Positions 13,498-17,498 of a stretch of 17,498 nt of DNA are shown here, in pieces (the stretch's first letter is position 1; each line of letters starts with the position of its first letter). A program made the translations under genes and the position numbers. Where the stretch lies: contig JBIOXB010000149.1 of NCBI GenBank assembly GCA_044869275.1, forward strand, positions 1 through 17,498, given 5' to 3'. The notes under the pieces were generated by a model. That model was not told the DNA's origin and ran no database searches. It was given only the letters and a program-made list of their open reading frames with translations. Origin of the DNA: a bacterium (GTDB lineage Bacteria; Zhuqueibacterota; Zhuqueibacteria; Zhuqueibacterales; Zhuqueibacteraceae).

Positions 13498-14361
13498 TCA
13501 CTCTCCCGTAATCACCAATTCCCCCAGCTCGCGTTTGAAAGGAATCTTGAGAAAATCCGGGCTGAGAGCTTCCACGTTCGGACCCAGACTTTGCAGAAGT
13601 AGCGGCGGCACGTCTTCCTGTTGCACTAAAATATACGGTATGATTTCATAACGGCCCACCGGAATGAGGCCTCGAGTCTTGTTGATGATCAGGCGCCAAC
13701 TGCGGCCCTCACCGCCGACGCGCGCGACCAACCGGGTATCGGCGCCGGGATCCGAGACATGCACGAACAGCTCGCTCGTGGCCTTGTTGCGCAAAATCAC
13801 GCCGCCCAAAATGCCGCCCACCACCTTGGGCAGAATCACGGTCACGGAATCCAGTGTGGCCTGCACATTGGCTAAGATATCGATGGGTCCAACGTAATTG
13901 AAAGAGACGGTATTGGGGGACGCCAAAGAGCGGAGCGTCAGCAGTTTGTTCAGCGGCGCGGGGCCCAGCAAGCGCCCACCGCCGTCGATATCGCCCTGCG
14001 CAAATGCGAAGACGCCATTTTGCACGACCACCCGCGCGCTGGTCACGCGATAATTTGCCAAATAAAAATAAAGATCGATGGCGCCACCCGTCGTCGCCCC
14101 GCCGCCGTTGCTGCTTGGCGGCGGCAAGGTCAATTGAAAATTGCCCGCAGAATCTGTGCGGGTGCTGAGACTCGTGCCCTCGAGCCACACATAGACGTCG
14201 TTCGGCGTCACATCGTTCTGCAACGAGATGTGGCCCGTGAGCGTGCGGTTGTCCGTCGCATCAATCTCTTCGCCGCCAAATGGATTGCTGGTGCAAGTGG
14301 ACAGGAACAGCGCCATCCCTGCACACGTCATCCACGGAAGATAACTCCTGCAAAATGTCAT
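13498..14361 (-). CDS. Hypothetical lipoprotein with N-terminal carboxypeptidase-regulatory-like (prealbumin-like) beta domain
   Basis: RBS AAGGA; hydrophobic signal ending LSTC; LTGHISL...VYVWLEGTSLSTRTDSAGNFQL pattern; 287 aa. Confidence 0.8.
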   Translation of the reverse strand: MTFCRSYLPWMTCAGMALFLSTCTSNPFGGEEIDATDNRTLTGHISLQNDVTPNDVYVWLEGTSLSTRTDSAGNFQLTLPPPSSNGGGATTGGAIDLYFYLANYRVTSARVVVQNGVFAFAQGDIDGGGRLLGPAPLNKLLTLRSLASPNTVSFNYVGPIDILANVQATLDSVTVILPKVVGGILGGVILRNKATSELFVHVSDPGADTRLVARVGGEGRSWRLIINKTRGLIPVGRYEIIPYILVQQEDVPPLLLQSLGPNVEALSPDFLKIPFKRELGELVITGE

Positions 14362-14509
14362 GACTTATTCCTTGTCTCTTTGCAGTTACGCTTTGCTGGC
14401 CTCGAGGGGCGGGCAGTAACACCTCAAGCAGCGGTTTTTCTGAACGTGATCTAACCGGAACCTGGTGACGCATAGACGCGGTGCTCAGTTTTGTCGAGAT
14501 TCAATTGGA

Positions 14510-14632
14510 GCAACTATTCAGCTGTTGTTTCTGTAAGCGGATTGGGAGGATAAAGCGGATTTTCAAGCCTCGTTTATCAGAATAATCATCTGCTCAATCC
14601 GCTTACGCTTCTTTTTTGTGCTGGATAGTTAC
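14510..14632. mobile_element. MITE-like element with 13-bp terminal inverted repeats and internal hairpin
   Basis: Ends GCAACTATTCAGC / GCTGGATAGTTAC (11/13 complementary). Internal perfect 12-bp IR GTAAGCGGATTG (14533-14544) / CAATCCGCTTAC (14595-14606). No ORF. Confidence 0.6.
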
Positions 14633-14675
14633 AATTTAGAATGACGAAAAAGAGGGCTATAAGTTTCACCGACAC

Positions 14676-14795
14676 TCAGACTGTGTGAAAACGTTTGGTT
14701 TCAACGCCGGCTGAGCTTGTCGAAGCCGGATTTTTGAACTTAGCACCCTTCGACAAGCTCAGGGTGCGGCATTCCCAAGTTTTCACACAGTCTGA
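14676..14795. mobile_element. MITE-like element with perfect 17-bp terminal inverted repeats enclosing a REP-like hairpin
   Basis: TCAGACTGTGTGAAAAC (14676-14692) / GTTTTCACACAGTCTGA (14779-14795). Internal perfect 15-bp IR CTGAGCTTGTCGAAG (14711-14725) / CTTCGACAAGCTCAG (14748-14762). Confidence 0.75.
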
Positions 14796-14810
14796 CAGTT
14801 CGCAAATTTT

Positions 14811-16187
14811 TCAAAAGCCGCCGGCGCCGCTCAAAATCCGGCGCCACTCCGGATCTCGCAGCTCGCCGCGTTTGGTCGAATGTACAAGCTCATAATCGCT
14901 GGTGCCGAAGCGATTGACAAAAACAAATTCCACACCGTTCTCAATCGAAAAATAGGACCAGATTTCGTGGGCTTTGACGCCCTGGCTGTCAAACCTTTCG
15001 ATTTCATCGGGTTGACCATACAACAGGTAAATGCGGCCGCGATTGGTTTGCCAGCCGTCTTTGCTCAGCGCGGCATAGCGATCGTTGACGATGCGCACGC
15101 GCCGCAAATATTCCGTACGCCGGATTGGGAAAAAATCCCGCCGGCCTTTTTCGACCTCTTCCCAAAACTTACCGAGAAACTCCCGCTTGCCTTCGGCATT
15201 TTCCAGCTTGTCAAAAAGCTTGACCTCGTCTTTGGTGGCCAGATATTGCGCCTCACGGAATTCCAGAGTCAACTGCTCCTCGGTCAAGCCAGCCAGCGCG
15301 CCGAATGCGGGCAGCGGCGAGGCTGCCGCCGCTTGCGACTGAATCTGCGGATTATACACAAAAAAAGTCTTTTCCGTTTGATGCAAGGCCCGGTCGCTCG
15401 AGTCCAGCAACATCATGCGGAACGAGTATTTTCCCGAGGGCAGCGCCATAATATTGGTCGTGCCCATTTCCATGGCCTGGCCCACGCTGAATTTGCGCGT
15501 TTTGACGCTTTCGCGCGCCACGACGCCGTCGTCTTTGATGATAAGCGCCTTCAGGCGGTAGGGCATGGCGGACTGCAAATTATACAGCTCGAGGTAATGA
15601 TAAATCACCGGTGCCGTGGTGGCGCCGAAAACCAAACCCGGCAGCGGCACCACTTCGTGACCATTTTTATAAAACAGATCATCTTTCTTGCTGGAAGCGG
15701 TGATGCTTTTACATAGCTCGAGGTCACTGCTGGTGGTGGCAGCGTACGCCTCGATTTTGAGAGGCAGATTCATCGCTGCGCGGCGCTCCTGGCCGAGCGA
15801 ATCTTCGGCGCTAACCTCGAGCTCGTATTCACCGTGCGGCAGCACGAACCCGCTTTGCGTGATGAAGGGGTAATGATACCAGGCGCTCGCGGTGTCCGCT
15901 TCCGCGATATTGAGCAGCGTTTTTTTGGAAACCACGGCCTCACGCGACGGCATTTTCAGAATGCGGCTGTGCAATTTCACACCGCCGTGAAATTTTCCTG
16001 CGCTCTGATGATACGTCAGCAATTGCGGATAAAAGCCATAGTACACTTCGAGATATCCGGTATTCTGATCGTTGCGAAAGCGCGCGGCGTCAAGATTGAT
16101 GACAAAGGGCGAAGCCGGCACCACAACCTGCGCCCCCGGCTCGCGCATCGACAGCAGCAGTATGAACAAAATCAATTTGGCTTTCAT
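14811..16187 (-). CDS. GWxTD domain-containing protein (secreted)
   Basis: Signal peptide; FLGKFW...EYLRRVRIVNDRY...GWQTNRGRIYLLYGQPDEIER...EIWSY...EFVFVN, the C-terminal GWxTD domain pattern; RBS GAGGAG. Confidence 0.9.
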   Translation of the reverse strand: MKAKLILFILLLSMREPGAQVVVPASPFVINLDAARFRNDQNTGYLEVYYGFYPQLLTYHQSAGKFHGGVKLHSRILKMPSREAVVSKKTLLNIAEADTASAWYHYPFITQSGFVLPHGEYELEVSAEDSLGQERRAAMNLPLKIEAYAATTSSDLELCKSITASSKKDDLFYKNGHEVVPLPGLVFGATTAPVIYHYLELYNLQSAMPYRLKALIIKDDGVVARESVKTRKFSVGQAMEMGTTNIMALPSGKYSFRMMLLDSSDRALHQTEKTFFVYNPQIQSQAAAASPLPAFGALAGLTEEQLTLEFREAQYLATKDEVKLFDKLENAEGKREFLGKFWEEVEKGRRDFFPIRRTEYLRRVRIVNDRYAALSKDGWQTNRGRIYLLYGQPDEIERFDSQGVKAHEIWSYFSIENGVEFVFVNRFGTSDYELVHSTKRGELRDPEWRRILSGAGGF

Positions 16188-16214
16188 GGTATGATCTCCT
16201 CTCGCGGATACCGC

Positions 16215-17498
16215 TCAATACGAAATCAAATTCGCCAGCAACCGGAAGGCGCCGGGATGCACGTTGATGAGCTGGGGGTCGAGTGCAAGATCGACGTACG
16301 TTTGCCGGCCTTTGCCGTGCGCGCGCGTCACCACCAGCGCTTCGCCTGCGGCAGAGACGATGGGTTTCTCGGCTTCCGCCAACATCGCGCCGGAGAGACG
16401 ATTGTAGGCCCGGGCATAGAGCCATGTCTGCCAGGTTTCCTGGTCCAAAACATTGGGCTGTGCCAATAAAGGATGGCCGGCAGCGGTGCTAACCGGATAG
16501 TCCGCATCAAACTGCGACGAAGCCTGCAACTGCAGGTCCGGCCACAGGGGCGCGGCGTTCCAAACTTGCGCCTCCTGCGCGAGCACAAGCAAATGCCCGC
16601 CGGCCGCCATGAAAGCTTCAAAATCTTTCCGCCGCTGTGCAAGCTCGGGATGAAGCGAGAGCGCACGGCGGTCGATAATTAAGACTTCCAGCGAATCCCA
16701 GCGTTGCACCGCGGCGGGCAGTACCGTGTAGTCCGCGCGCAACCGCCGCAGCGCTTCCTCGACCGGGCTGTTCTGCGCGCCGGCGAGCAGGCCGATTTTG
16801 CGCTGCGGTGCAATGCCGGCCTCGAACTTTCTGGCCGCGAAGTTTGCCATCGCCGTCCCGCCGATTTGAATAGGAATCAAATGCGTGCCGTCTTCCACCT
16901 GCTTTATCCAAAACAGATTGAGCGTATCCACTTCCGTGGCGCCTTTTTGCGGCAGCCGAATACGCCTGGGCGCGGAGATCGCCAGCTCATGTTCGACCTT
17001 CAGGGTGTCGGCCATGCCGTCACGCGAGATGTTCATGAGGCGCACTACCACGCGCTCACCCGAAACCCAGCGTACCATAGGCGTCGCTACTTCTTCGACG
17101 AGGCGCGGCGCGAATTCCATGCGCTTTTCCACGCGATAGATAAAATGATCTTCGGGCTTTTTGCTTTCATGAATAATGAAAAACAGAAAAGACCGTCCCA
17201 GCTTGTCCGCGTTCAAATTGTAGCGCGCGGGCGGATAGGTGTAAGTAAACTGCTGCGGTGAGAGCAAACGATACTGTTCGTTCAAACGCAAAGGCAGCTT
17301 GTTTTCAAGATTCTCATTGACGACCCAGCCTTGAGTGGTGTAAGGAAAATACAGGACGAGTTTGTCCTCCGGGGTCGCGCCTTTCACCTGCTGAATGGTC
17401 AAATACGTCAATTGGCGCTCGGCGAGGATGGTATCGCTGAGGGTATAAATGACCTCCACACCCTTGAGCGTGCAACGCAGCTCGTCGAGCGTGCGCTT
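16215..17498 (-). CDS. Partial (5'-truncated by window) large protein; C-terminus resembles the class I glutamine amidotransferase-like tail of LmbE/PIG-L family proteins
   Basis: Frame is open to the window edge. It contains VEEALRRL...FMAAGGHLLVLAQ...HPLLAQPN...HGKGRQTYVDLALDPQL..PGAFRLLANLISY. No catalytic N-terminal domain is visible in the window. Confidence 0.65.
   Translation of the reverse strand, partial: KRTLDELRCTLKGVEVIYTLSDTILAERQLTYLTIQQVKGATPEDKLVLYFPYTTQGWVVNENLENKLPLRLNEQYRLLSPQQFTYTYPPARYNLNADKLGRSFLFFIIHESKKPEDHFIYRVEKRMEFAPRLVEEVATPMVRWVSGERVVVRLMNISRDGMADTLKVEHELAISAPRRIRLPQKGATEVDTLNLFWIKQVEDGTHLIPIQIGGTAMANFAARKFEAGIAPQRKIGLLAGAQNSPVEEALRRLRADYTVLPAAVQRWDSLEVLIIDRRALSLHPELAQRRKDFEAFMAAGGHLLVLAQEAQVWNAAPLWPDLQLQASSQFDADYPVSTAAGHPLLAQPNVLDQETWQTWLYARAYNRLSGAMLAEAEKPIVSAAGEALVVTRAHGKGRQTYVDLALDPQLINVHPGAFRLLANLISY

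Overview
Bacterial genomic window from a diderm organism. The gene mix (TonB receptor, GWxTD protein, multiheme-TPR protein, short-period intergenic repeats) suggests an FCB/KSB1-like lineage, but this is inference only. Left part (1-~4290) is visibly more AT-rich and looks like the decayed end of an integrated element. It holds a partial atypical receiver-domain gene behind a sigma54-like promoter, a GAF/sigma54 enhancer-binding protein, a truncated PD-(D/E)xK-like ORF, a degraded group II intron 3' end (maturase remnant, partly deleted domain V, domain VI), a truncated IS66 (IRL, frameshifted tnpA, cut tnpB) and an att-like junction carrying a tRNA-Leu(CAA) anticodon arm. Next comes an intact MntA/HepT (MNT-HEPN) toxin-antitoxin pair. 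The GC-richer backbone follows: TonB-dependent receptor, DUF1998 (MrfA/Hrq1-like) helicase, heptaheme cytochrome c-TPR lipoprotein, hypothetical lipoprotein, GWxTD protein and the 3' part of a large probable LmbE/PIG-L-type protein. The backbone carries many 7-, 8-, 9- and 15-nt period repeats, REP doublets and two MITE-like elements; two of these repeats sit in frame inside genes. I see no clear-cut new multi-gene system; the best leads are the intron relic, the att junction, the pseudo-receiver/sigma54 module and the repeat invasions.
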